64,000 nt of DNA from Acidobacteriota bacterium. GTDB taxonomy: Bacteria > Acidobacteriota > Thermoanaerobaculia > Gp7-AA8. Below, piece after piece: positions 1 to 7,914 of this stretch. The stretch lies in contig JAFATB010000022.1 in the NCBI GenBank assembly GCA_019244185.1, forward strand, positions 320,001 through 384,000. Reading direction: 5' to 3'. Position 1 is the stretch's first letter; the number at the start of each line of letters is the position of its first letter. The notes beneath the pieces are model-generated. The model searched no databases and was not told the DNA's origin. It was given only the letters and a program-made list of their open reading frames with translations. Made by a program: the position numbers and the translations under genes.

Positions 1-346
1 GCCCGTGCTCGAACGCCAGGTGCGCGTCGAGGGCGCGGCGGTGAAGACGACCGAGGAAGAATCGGACGCGTACTTTGCGACGCGGCCGCGCGGCAGTCAG
101 CTCGGCGCGTGGGCGTCGATGCAGAGCTCCGTCATCCCCGGACGTGGCGATCTCGATCAGCGCTTCCGCGACATGGAGAGCGGCTATCGCGATCTCCCCG
201 TGCCGCGTCCGCCGCACTGGGGCGGCTTCCGCGTGATCCCGGTGGCGATCGAGTTCTGGCAGGGGAGAGCCGACCGTCTGCACGACCGCTTCGTCTACCG
301 GCTGCGCGAGCCGAAGGACTGGATCATCGAGAGGTTGTCGCCTTGA
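1..346 (+). CDS. pdxH: Pyridoxamine 5'-phosphate oxidase (5'-truncated by window)
   Basis: RQVRVEG, YFATRPRGSQLGAWAS, PRPPHWGGFRV, EFWQGRADRLHDRF and C-terminal ERLSP are PdxH motifs. Confidence 0.95.
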   Translation, partial: PVLERQVRVEGAAVKTTEEESDAYFATRPRGSQLGAWASMQSSVIPGRGDLDQRFRDMESGYRDLPVPRPPHWGGFRVIPVAIEFWQGRADRLHDRFVYRLREPKDWIIERLSP

Positions 347-786
347 CCGAGACATCTGAAACGGCCGCCGCGAAAAAGCGCGTGCTGTTTCTCTGCACCG
401 GCAACGCCGCGCGTTCGCAGATGGCCGAGGGACTGGCACGGGCGTACCACGGCGACGTGCTCGACGTCGTCTCGGCCGGCTCGCATCCCGCGGGTTGGGT
501 GCATCCGCTGGCCATTCGCGCGCTGGGCGAGCTCGGGATCGACATCAGCGGCGCGACGTCGAAATCCGCGGAGCCGTTTCTCAACGAGCCGTTCGACGTG
601 GTGGTGACGGTGTGCGATTTGGCGGCGCAGGATTGCCCGAACTGGCCGGGCGCAAAACGCGTCGAGCACTGGCCGATCAAGGATCCGTCGTGGGGCATCG
701 ACGATCCGAAGACGCGGATGGACCGCTTCATCGCGACGCGCGATGAGCTCGCGCGCCGCATCGAAGATCTGGTGCGGACGCTCTGA
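343..786 (+). CDS. arsC: Thioredoxin-coupled arsenate reductase / LMW-PTP family protein
   Basis: VLFLCTGNAARSQMAEG P-loop and VTVCD..AQDCP resolving cysteines; TTG start overlaps pdxH stop. Confidence 0.85.
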   Translation: MTETSETAAAKKRVLFLCTGNAARSQMAEGLARAYHGDVLDVVSAGSHPAGWVHPLAIRALGELGIDISGATSKSAEPFLNEPFDVVVTVCDLAAQDCPNWPGAKRVEHWPIKDPSWGIDDPKTRMDRFIATRDELARRIEDLVRTL

Positions 787-795
787 CGCGCCGCG

Positions 796-858
796 CTATT
801 TCTTGTCTTTCTTCGGCTTCTTCGTTTCTTTCTTGCGGGCGTTGTTGCCTTTGGCCAT
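796..858 (-). CDS. 20-aa Lys-rich small protein MAKGNNARKKETKKPKKDKK
   Basis: Strong RBS GGAGGAGG 5 nt before ATG, TACCAT -10-like box upstream, AAG/GAA codons distinct from the GC-rich flanks. Confidence 0.65.
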   Translation of the reverse strand: MAKGNNARKKETKKPKKDKK

Positions 859-887
859 GACGTCCTCCTCCACAAGATGGTAACGCA

Positions 888-1055
888 CTCGTGTCGCGTC
901 GAGCGCGAAACGGTGGGCGCTTTGCGACGCCGGCGACGCGGAAGCAAGCCGGCGCGACGCAGGCGATGCTGGGACATCGTCGAGGAGCGACGGCGCCGCA
1001 GGCGGGTTGCCGCCGCCGCAAAGCGCCCACCGTTTCGGGCCCGACGCGACACTAG
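888..1055. mobile_element. MITE-like element / long inverted repeat
   Basis: 45-bp terminal inverted repeats (888-932 vs 1011-1055, 5 mismatches) around a ~78-bp non-coding core; no transposase in window. Confidence 0.55.
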
Positions 1056-1930
1056 AGCGCGTGCGATGCATTCGGCACGAGCACGCGCAGCGACTGCGGT
1101 CGCACGCGGATGCGCAGTTCGGCGGGCAGCATCACCGGCTCGCCGTCGAGATGCGCCGCTCCCTCGCTCGCGCGGCGGATCGTGATCTCCGCGGCGCGCA
1201 CGTTCGTCACGCCGCGCGCGCGATGGAACGTGCCGCGGAAGAGTTGCGCGATCATCCAGGGCGCGCGCAGCAGCGACGGCGCGCGCACCACGACGACGTC
1301 CAGCAGGCCATCGCGCACGGACGCGAGCGGCGCCACGCGCGCGTTGTTGCCGTACTGTCCCGCATTCGCGATCGCGACGAGCAGCGCCTCGTCGCGCAGC
1401 GTTTCGCTGTTCCACGCGAGCTCGTAGGTCTCCGATTCAAACGAGCGAAACGCGCGCGCGCCTTCCTGCACGTACGTCCACAATCCGCGCACGTGACTCG
1501 CGGCGAAGCGATGCGCGACGAGCGCGTCGAAGCCGATGCCCATGATGCCGAGGAACGGCGTGCCGTTCACTTCGGCCGTGTCGATCGTGACGAGCGTGCC
1601 GGCGCTGCACGACGCGAGCGAGCGGCGCGGCTCGACCGGCAATCCGAGGTGGCGCGCGAAGCCGTTGCCGGAACCGATCGGCAGAATGCCGAGCGCGGGC
1701 TTGCGTCCGATGAGCCGCTTCGCGGTCTCGTGCACGGTGCCGTCGCCGCCGACGGCGTACACGACGTCGATGCCTTCCGCTTCGGCGCGGTCGACGATCG
1801 CATCGAGATCCGACTTCTCCCGCGACGGCACGACGTCGTGCGGCCAGACGCACGACGCGCGGATCAGCTCCGCGACGTCGAACTTGCGCCGCCGCCCGGA
1901 GCGTTCGTTGATGACGAAGAGTGCTCTCAC
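1052..1930 (-). CDS. Diacylglycerol/lipid kinase family protein (YegS/BmrU-like)
   Basis: FVINERSG, VGGDGTVHE, LPIGSGNGFAR, ANAGQYGNN, DGE motifs; GTG start overlaps upstream TGA. Confidence 0.9.
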   Translation of the reverse strand: MRALFVINERSGRRRKFDVAELIRASCVWPHDVVPSREKSDLDAIVDRAEAEGIDVVYAVGGDGTVHETAKRLIGRKPALGILPIGSGNGFARHLGLPVEPRRSLASCSAGTLVTIDTAEVNGTPFLGIMGIGFDALVAHRFAASHVRGLWTYVQEGARAFRSFESETYELAWNSETLRDEALLVAIANAGQYGNNARVAPLASVRDGLLDVVVVRAPSLLRAPWMIAQLFRGTFHRARGVTNVRAAEITIRRASEGAAHLDGEPVMLPAELRIRVRPQSLRVLVPNASHAL

Positions 1931-2577
1931 GCGCGCGCCTGGCGATGCTTGTCGATCCACCACGCCCACGGCACGAACAGCCACGCCGCGAGCGCGGCCG
2001 ACGCGACGGCCTGCCAGCTCGGCGGCGGCGGCGAGAGGACGTTCATCACGTAGATGATGCCGAGGAAGAGCACGAGCGCCCACAATGCGAGGCTGCCGAT
2101 CCGGTCGCGCGCGGTCGTCGCGCGGAGATAGAGCGCGAGTCCGCCGAGGAACAGCGCTGCTTCGACGACGACCGTCGCGGCGACGTGGTTCCAGAGTGCG
2201 AGCCCGACCTTCGGTCCGCCCGGCCAGAGCGCGAGATCGCGCGTATGCGTGACGAAGTCGAGCACCCAGTGGCTGAACACCGCCGCGCCGACGACCCATG
2301 CGTCGCGCCACGGCTTGCGGAACGCGCGATACAGCAGCGCGCCGAGGATCGACCAGCCGAGCGCACCGGCGGCGCTGTGCGTGATCGGGTAGTCGTAAAA
2401 GTCGAGCGGCGTGAACGCGGTGTTGTGCGGCGCAATGCGGAAGTGCTCGACGCCGGCGAGCGTCAGGATCGGCCACACGAGATCGAGCCCCATCGCCGCC
2501 GCGAAGAGCACGCCGAGCGACACGCGCGGCGCGACGCGTTTCGCGCCGAAGGCAGCGGCGTGATGGCCGATGAACAT
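1927..2577 (-). CDS. Membrane-bound metal-dependent hydrolase (YdjM-like)
   Basis: MFIGH, DLVWP, THS and SHWVLD motifs with several TM helices. Confidence 0.8.
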   Translation of the reverse strand: MFIGHHAAAFGAKRVAPRVSLGVLFAAAMGLDLVWPILTLAGVEHFRIAPHNTAFTPLDFYDYPITHSAAGALGWSILGALLYRAFRKPWRDAWVVGAAVFSHWVLDFVTHTRDLALWPGGPKVGLALWNHVAATVVVEAALFLGGLALYLRATTARDRIGSLALWALVLFLGIIYVMNVLSPPPPSWQAVASAALAAWLFVPWAWWIDKHRQARA

Positions 2578-2608
2578 GCGCCATTTTAGGCGCGCCGACA
2601 CGGGCGCG

Positions 2609-4096
2609 TCAGAACTGCGCGAAGCGCATGGCGCTCAGCAGCCAGACGCCGATGCCGGCGAGCGGCAGCCAGCGCGGCACGAGCCGCGCACGTGCGACGA
2701 GCCAGAGACAGCCGGTGAGCAGCGCGAGGACGAACAGTTGCGCGAAGATGATGTTGCCGAGCTGCTCGCGATGGAAACGGGCGGCGCCGAGGTCGCGCCA
2801 GACGAGGTAGGGATCGTCCTTCTGCAGCGTGCGCATCGAGCTCGTATCGAGGCGCAGCTGTTCGACGCGGATCGCCTCCTGCGGCGTCATGCGGATGGCT
2901 TGGCCCGTGTGCAGGTACGCGAGCACCGGCTGGCGGAGCAGCGTGTCGGCGAAGGCGAGGAAGCCGCAGATTGCGGCGACGGCGATGAACGCCGCGCGCC
3001 AGCGCCGATCGTCCCACAGGCGATGCGCGACGTAGCCGTAGGCGACGAGTGCCGCAAGCGCGACCGGCACCGCGCGGCGTGGATTGAGCTCCCAGTCCCA
3101 GCCATCGGCGAGACATTGTTCGAGGAAGTAGAAACACGGCACCAGCGCGACGAGGAGCCATGGCGTTCCGATGCGCGGCCGCAGGCGAAGCAGCAGAACG
3201 ATCGCGACGAGCAGCACCGGCCACGGCACCATCGCCAGGATCTGATGCACGCCGGCGTGCAGCCCGATGTGCGTGGCGACGAACGGCTGCAGCGCGTGCT
3301 CGATGGGATGTTTCACGAACTGGTACCACGCGGAGAGCACCGGACGGATGAAGCGCTGCCGCAGCTCCGTCGACATCGTGTCGTGACTCGCTTTGCGCAG
3401 CCACGCCGACCACACCAGCGTCGGCACGAGCGCGGCGATCGCGTAGAACGCGTAGTCGCGTTTGCGCGCGAAGCGCCGCACGGCGAGCACGTACGTCACG
3501 AGCGCGCCGAGCCAGACATACGGATCGTAGTTGAGGGTGAAGATCGCGGTGGCCAGGCCGAGGATCCACGGGTTGCGCGCGTCGTCGTCCTCCAATGCGA
3601 GCACGGCCAGGAACGTCAACCAGTTGACCATCGTGCCGAGGACGTACTGCATCGGCTGGCCGATGTACTCGACGTAGATCGGCAGCGTGAACGCGATCAT
3701 CAGCGTCAGCAGCGTCGCCGGACGTCGCACGCCGACGCGTTCGCCGAAGTTGACGCCCGCGTACGCGAAGAGCATCGCGAAGAGAAAGCCGGCGATGAAG
3801 CTGCCGATGAGATACGAGTGCGTGAACGCGCTCGCGAGCGACGACACGAACGAATGCAGCGGCAAACGCATGTTCTGCGCTTCCGTCCACGCCACCGGCG
3901 AGCCCTCGTAGAAGAAGAGCGTGATGCTCTTCACCATCTGCGCGTCGCCGTTCACCACCGCGCCGTTGATGCGCGACGACCAGCCGTCGAACATCGCCCA
4001 GCCGTACGAGTATGGCGAGCGGTCGGTGAGGTGCGTGAGCCCAATCGCGAGCAGCCACGCCCACAGCGCGGCCACCATTGCCCACTTCCGCCTCAC
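2609..4096 (-). CDS. Polytopic membrane protein, possible GT-C-fold glycosyltransferase
   Basis: 495 aa, about 12 hydrophobic segments, extracytoplasmic loop with Asp after TM1, late NPRR motif; function inferred only. Confidence 0.6.
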   Translation of the reverse strand: MRRKWAMVAALWAWLLAIGLTHLTDRSPYSYGWAMFDGWSSRINGAVVNGDAQMVKSITLFFYEGSPVAWTEAQNMRLPLHSFVSSLASAFTHSYLIGSFIAGFLFAMLFAYAGVNFGERVGVRRPATLLTLMIAFTLPIYVEYIGQPMQYVLGTMVNWLTFLAVLALEDDDARNPWILGLATAIFTLNYDPYVWLGALVTYVLAVRRFARKRDYAFYAIAALVPTLVWSAWLRKASHDTMSTELRQRFIRPVLSAWYQFVKHPIEHALQPFVATHIGLHAGVHQILAMVPWPVLLVAIVLLLRLRPRIGTPWLLVALVPCFYFLEQCLADGWDWELNPRRAVPVALAALVAYGYVAHRLWDDRRWRAAFIAVAAICGFLAFADTLLRQPVLAYLHTGQAIRMTPQEAIRVEQLRLDTSSMRTLQKDDPYLVWRDLGAARFHREQLGNIIFAQLFVLALLTGCLWLVARARLVPRWLPLAGIGVWLLSAMRFAQF

Positions 4097-4764
4097 GACG
4101 CTCCTCGGATGATCTCCACCAGCACCGGCTTCAAGCCATTGATCATGAATTGCACGCCGATCGCGCCGAGGAGCAGGGCCATGACTTTCGTGAAGACGGC
4201 GCGGCCGCGGTCGCCGATGAAGCGCGAGAGCGGCAGCGCCGCGAGCAGCGTCACGTACGACACCGCGCCGACGCCGACGATGGCCAGGATCACCGCGGCC
4301 TTGTGCTCCATGCGCGGGTAGAGGTTCACGAGCAGCATCGTCGACGTGATCGCCCCGGGCCCGGACAGCATCGGCACTGCCAGCGGCACGACGGCGATCG
4401 ACGACGGATCGATCTCCGCCTTCTCGACGTCGTGGTCTTCCATCCGCTTCTCGCCGCCGATGTTGTACGCGCGCCGCTCGTCGTGCTCGACCAGCGTGCG
4501 CAGCGCGTTCGTGAAGAAGATGATGCCGCCCATGATCTGGAACGCGGGAACCGTGATGCCGAAGAACTGGAAGACCCAGTTGCCGGCGACGAGGAAGATC
4601 GTCAGCACGGCGATGCAGGCCATCGACGCGACCAGCGCGACGCGCGCGCGGCCGGCGCGCGAGACGCCATCCGTCAGCGCCACGAACGACGGAATCACCG
4701 CGAGCGGGTTGACCATCGTGATCAGCGTGATGAAGGACAGCAGGACGACTTTCGACAGCGGCAT
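4093..4764 (-). CDS. MarC family integral membrane protein
   Basis: NPLAVIP, FFGITVPAFQIMGGII, AVVPLAVPMLSGPGAI, KVMALLLGAIGVQF. Confidence 0.92.
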   Translation of the reverse strand: MPLSKVVLLSFITLITMVNPLAVIPSFVALTDGVSRAGRARVALVASMACIAVLTIFLVAGNWVFQFFGITVPAFQIMGGIIFFTNALRTLVEHDERRAYNIGGEKRMEDHDVEKAEIDPSSIAVVPLAVPMLSGPGAITSTMLLVNLYPRMEHKAAVILAIVGVGAVSYVTLLAALPLSRFIGDRGRAVFTKVMALLLGAIGVQFMINGLKPVLVEIIRGAS

Positions 4765-4776
4765 CGGCGCGCGGGA

Positions 4777-7700
4777 TTATGGCACTTCGACGACTTCGTC
4801 ACGGTCGACGTCGACGTACCAGAGCATGCCGCTGCACGCGCGTCCGGTGAGCTCGCGGATGGCGCGGCAGTAGCGCGCCACCTGCTCGCGGTCGCGCGCG
4901 ACGCGGGCGGGCTCGGCGACGCCGCTCTTGTAGTCGACGACGACGTCGTTGCCGTTTTCTCGAATGAGCCGATCGACGCGCCGCTCGACGACGGCACCGT
5001 GCTCGACGAAGCGCAGCGGCAGCTCGCGTCCGACGGTCTCCGCGCGTGCGATGCGCAGCCACGTCGACGAGCGCGCGAGCGTGGTCAGACGCCGGCGTAC
5101 GCGCGCGACCGCGTCGTCGTCCGCCGCCGCCTCGAACGCGAGTTGGCGCAGCAGCGCGTCAACGTCGGACGTGCCGCCCCACAGCTCGAGCACGCGATGG
5201 AGGAGGATGCCGGTGGCGCGGTTGCGCGAGCCGGCGCGGCGCGCGGCGATCTCGCCGGTGCCGAGGCGCGGCGTGTCGGAGGTGAGGACCGGAAGCGTGA
5301 GCGGGACGATGTCGGACGTCGCGAGCGCATGCTCGTGCTGCGCGTCGCGCAGGCGGCGGCGCGTGCGCGCATCCGTCGGCGCGACGGTCATCTTCTCGAA
5401 CGCGACGGGGCCGAACGGCGTCGCGCGCACTTCGCGGCCTTGGTCCGGCCACGACGCGGCGAGGCTCTGGCGATCGCCCTGCAGCGCTTCGAGCAGGCAC
5501 TGATGGAAGCCGACGGAGCGCTTCTCTTCGACGTTGACGACGAAGACCACGTCGGTCATCGCGCGCGTCACGGCGACGTAGAACAGCCGCCGCATCTCCG
5601 CCTTCTCGCGTTGCGTGGCGATCTTCTTCAGCTCCTCGCCGCCGGCGTAGAGGAAGTTCGCGGAGAGCGAGTCCGCGCGCCCGGTGAGCACGAGGCTGCG
5701 CGGCTCCTCGACGGTGAAGAGCTGCATGGCCTCGCTACTGCCGACGCCGAAGGCGAGGTCGGGGAGGATCACCGTCTCGAACTCGAGTCCCTTCGCCGCA
5801 TGCACGGACAAAATGCGCACGGCGTTCTGCGTTTCGTCGAGCAGGCTCGGCTCCGCTTCTTCCACCTCGCCGCGGCGCCGCGCGATCTCGTCGACGAACT
5901 GCCGCACGGAGCCGCCGTAGCGCTGATCGTAGTCGAACGCAATCGCGCGGACGTGTTCGAGGTGGCTGAGGTGCCGCTCGCCGTCCGCCGCCGCGTCGTA
6001 TACGCGCTCGATGTGCGTCGTGGCGAGCACGAGGTCGATGAGCTGCGAGACGGTGAGGTGGCGCGCGCGTTCGCGCAGCGATGCGAGCGTGCGTTCGAAC
6101 GCGCTCCACTCTTCGCCGCGCGCCACGATCTCGACGTCCGTCAGCGCAAAGTACGGCGTGCGCGCCGCCGAGATCTGCGCGCCGCGATCGAACGGATACG
6201 CGATTGCGCGCAGCACCGCGAGCAGATCGACCGGCGCGCGGCGGTCGAGGAACAGCCGCGTCGGCGGCAGCACGTAGTCGATGCCGTGGCGGTCGAAGAC
6301 GTCGAGGTATTCGTCGATGCGCGTCAATCGCCGGAACAGGATCGCGAAGCGCTGCAGATCGCGCTCGCCGCCGTCGCGATGCGCACGGATCCACTCCGCG
6401 ATCGCCTCCGCTTCCGCCGGTCCGCGGTCGTCTTTCTCTTCGGCCGCTGCGTGCAGCAGCGTGACACGCGCATCGAGCTCGCGCCGCGACGCGGGCCGCG
6501 CCGCATGCAGCGCCTTGTACGCCGGGCGGAAGACATTCGGATCGTGCGCCTCCTCGGGGAACAGGCACTCGAACATCGCATTGATCGCGTCGAGCAGCGG
6601 CGGATCGCTGCGGTACTGCTCTTCGAGCCGCCGCCGTTCCGCGCCGCCCGTGACGAGGTCTTCCGTCATGCGGTAGTACGTCTCCGGATCGGCGCGGCGG
6701 AAGCCGTAGATCGACTGCTTCGGATCGCCGACGACGACCGTGCGGCCCGCGACGAAGGCGCCGCTTCCGTCGCGCGCGAGCCGATCGATGATCTGCGCCT
6801 GCGTGCGGTCCGTGTCCTGAAATTCGTCGACGAAGATGAAATCGAACTGCGCGCGCGCCCGCGCCAGCACGTGCTCGTCGTGCAGCACGGCGAGCGTGCG
6901 CAGCAGCAGATCGTCGAAGTCGACGACGCCGAGCTGGCGCTTCTGCGCGTCGAGGTATGCGAGGAAGCGCCGCGTCAGCGCGAGCAGCGCCATCGCCGCG
7001 CGATGACTGGCGAGGCGATCGACGATCGAGTCGCCGCGGTCGCCCGAGCGCAGCACGCGCATCGGCTCCTTGAGCGCGCCGGCCTGCACGAGGTTGATGT
7101 CGCGCATGCGCGCCGCGATCGGCAGCAGGTACTCGATCCAGTCGCCGAGCGTCGCGCCGTCGAACGGCGTTTCGCGCAGATATGCGGCCACGTCGCGGGC
7201 GGCAGGGTCTTTCGGCTGCGCGTCCTCGCGGCGGATCCACAGCACCGCATCCTCGAGCTTCTCGCGCACGAGCTCGAAGCTGCCGAAGTCGTAGCCGTCC
7301 TCCAGCAGCAGATCGCGGCGATTGATCAGCGTGAGGATCACCTCGCGGATCTGAAACAGATACCCGAAGTGCGTGAAGAGCAGCTCCCACTCCGCGACGA
7401 CTTCCGGCGGCGGATCGACGCGCGTTTCCTCGTCGAGCCACGCGTCGTACAGCTGGCCGTAGAGGAGCGAGCGCTCGAAGCCTTCGATGATCTTGAACTG
7501 CGGATCGAGTCCCGCTTCGATCGGGAACGTGCGCAGCAGCGACTGGCAGAACGAATGGATCGTCTGCGAGCGCAGCGCGTCGAGGTTCGCGAGGTGGTGC
7601 GCGATCGCCGCGCGTGCGCCCTCGTCGGCGGTGACGAGCGGATGCGCGGAGCCGACCGGCCACGCGATCGTGTCCGCGTCCGCGAGCTCTTCGAGCGCGC

Positions 7701-7914
7701 CGCGGATGCGGTCGGCGATCTCGCCCGCGGCCTTCTCCGTGAACGTCATCAGCACGATGCGCTCGGGATCGAGCTGCGCGTCGGCGAGGAGGAGCTTGAG
7801 CACTTCCGCGACGATCGCCGTCGTTTTGCCCGTGCCGGCGCCCGCCTCGATGACGAGATTGCGCCGCGCGTTCGTCACCGGCGCGAAGAGAAACGACTGC
7901 TGCTGCGCGCTCAT
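4777..7914 (-). CDS. addA: AddA-like UvrD/SF1A helicase-nuclease
   Basis: EAGAGTGKT, TFTEKAA, TIHSFC, VDEFQDT, VGDPKQSIYGFR, SVHAAKGLEF, YVAVTRA and C-terminal VDRL..VVDYKSG nuclease; start MSAQQQ overlaps addB stop. Confidence 0.88.
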   Translation of the reverse strand: MSAQQQSFLFAPVTNARRNLVIEAGAGTGKTTAIVAEVLKLLLADAQLDPERIVLMTFTEKAAGEIADRIRGALEELADADTIAWPVGSAHPLVTADEGARAAIAHHLANLDALRSQTIHSFCQSLLRTFPIEAGLDPQFKIIEGFERSLLYGQLYDAWLDEETRVDPPPEVVAEWELLFTHFGYLFQIREVILTLINRRDLLLEDGYDFGSFELVREKLEDAVLWIRREDAQPKDPAARDVAAYLRETPFDGATLGDWIEYLLPIAARMRDINLVQAGALKEPMRVLRSGDRGDSIVDRLASHRAAMALLALTRRFLAYLDAQKRQLGVVDFDDLLLRTLAVLHDEHVLARARAQFDFIFVDEFQDTDRTQAQIIDRLARDGSGAFVAGRTVVVGDPKQSIYGFRRADPETYYRMTEDLVTGGAERRRLEEQYRSDPPLLDAINAMFECLFPEEAHDPNVFRPAYKALHAARPASRRELDARVTLLHAAAEEKDDRGPAEAEAIAEWIRAHRDGGERDLQRFAILFRRLTRIDEYLDVFDRHGIDYVLPPTRLFLDRRAPVDLLAVLRAIAYPFDRGAQISAARTPYFALTDVEIVARGEEWSAFERTLASLRERARHLTVSQLIDLVLATTHIERVYDAAADGERHLSHLEHVRAIAFDYDQRYGGSVRQFVDEIARRRGEVEEAEPSLLDETQNAVRILSVHAAKGLEFETVILPDLAFGVGSSEAMQLFTVEEPRSLVLTGRADSLSANFLYAGGEELKKIATQREKAEMRRLFYVAVTRAMTDVVFVVNVEEKRSVGFHQCLLEALQGDRQSLAASWPDQGREVRATPFGPVAFEKMTVAPTDARTRRRLRDAQHEHALATSDIVPLTLPVLTSDTPRLGTGEIAARRAGSRNRATGILLHRVLELWGGTSDVDALLRQLAFEAAADDDAVARVRRRLTTLARSSTWLRIARAETVGRELPLRFVEHGAVVERRVDRLIRENGNDVVVDYKSGVAEPARVARDREQVARYCRAIRELTGRACSGMLWYVDVDRDEVVEVP

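Noticed and set aside
343-786. Arsenic resistance operon
   Set aside because: arsC is alone; no arsR, arsB or acr3 in the window
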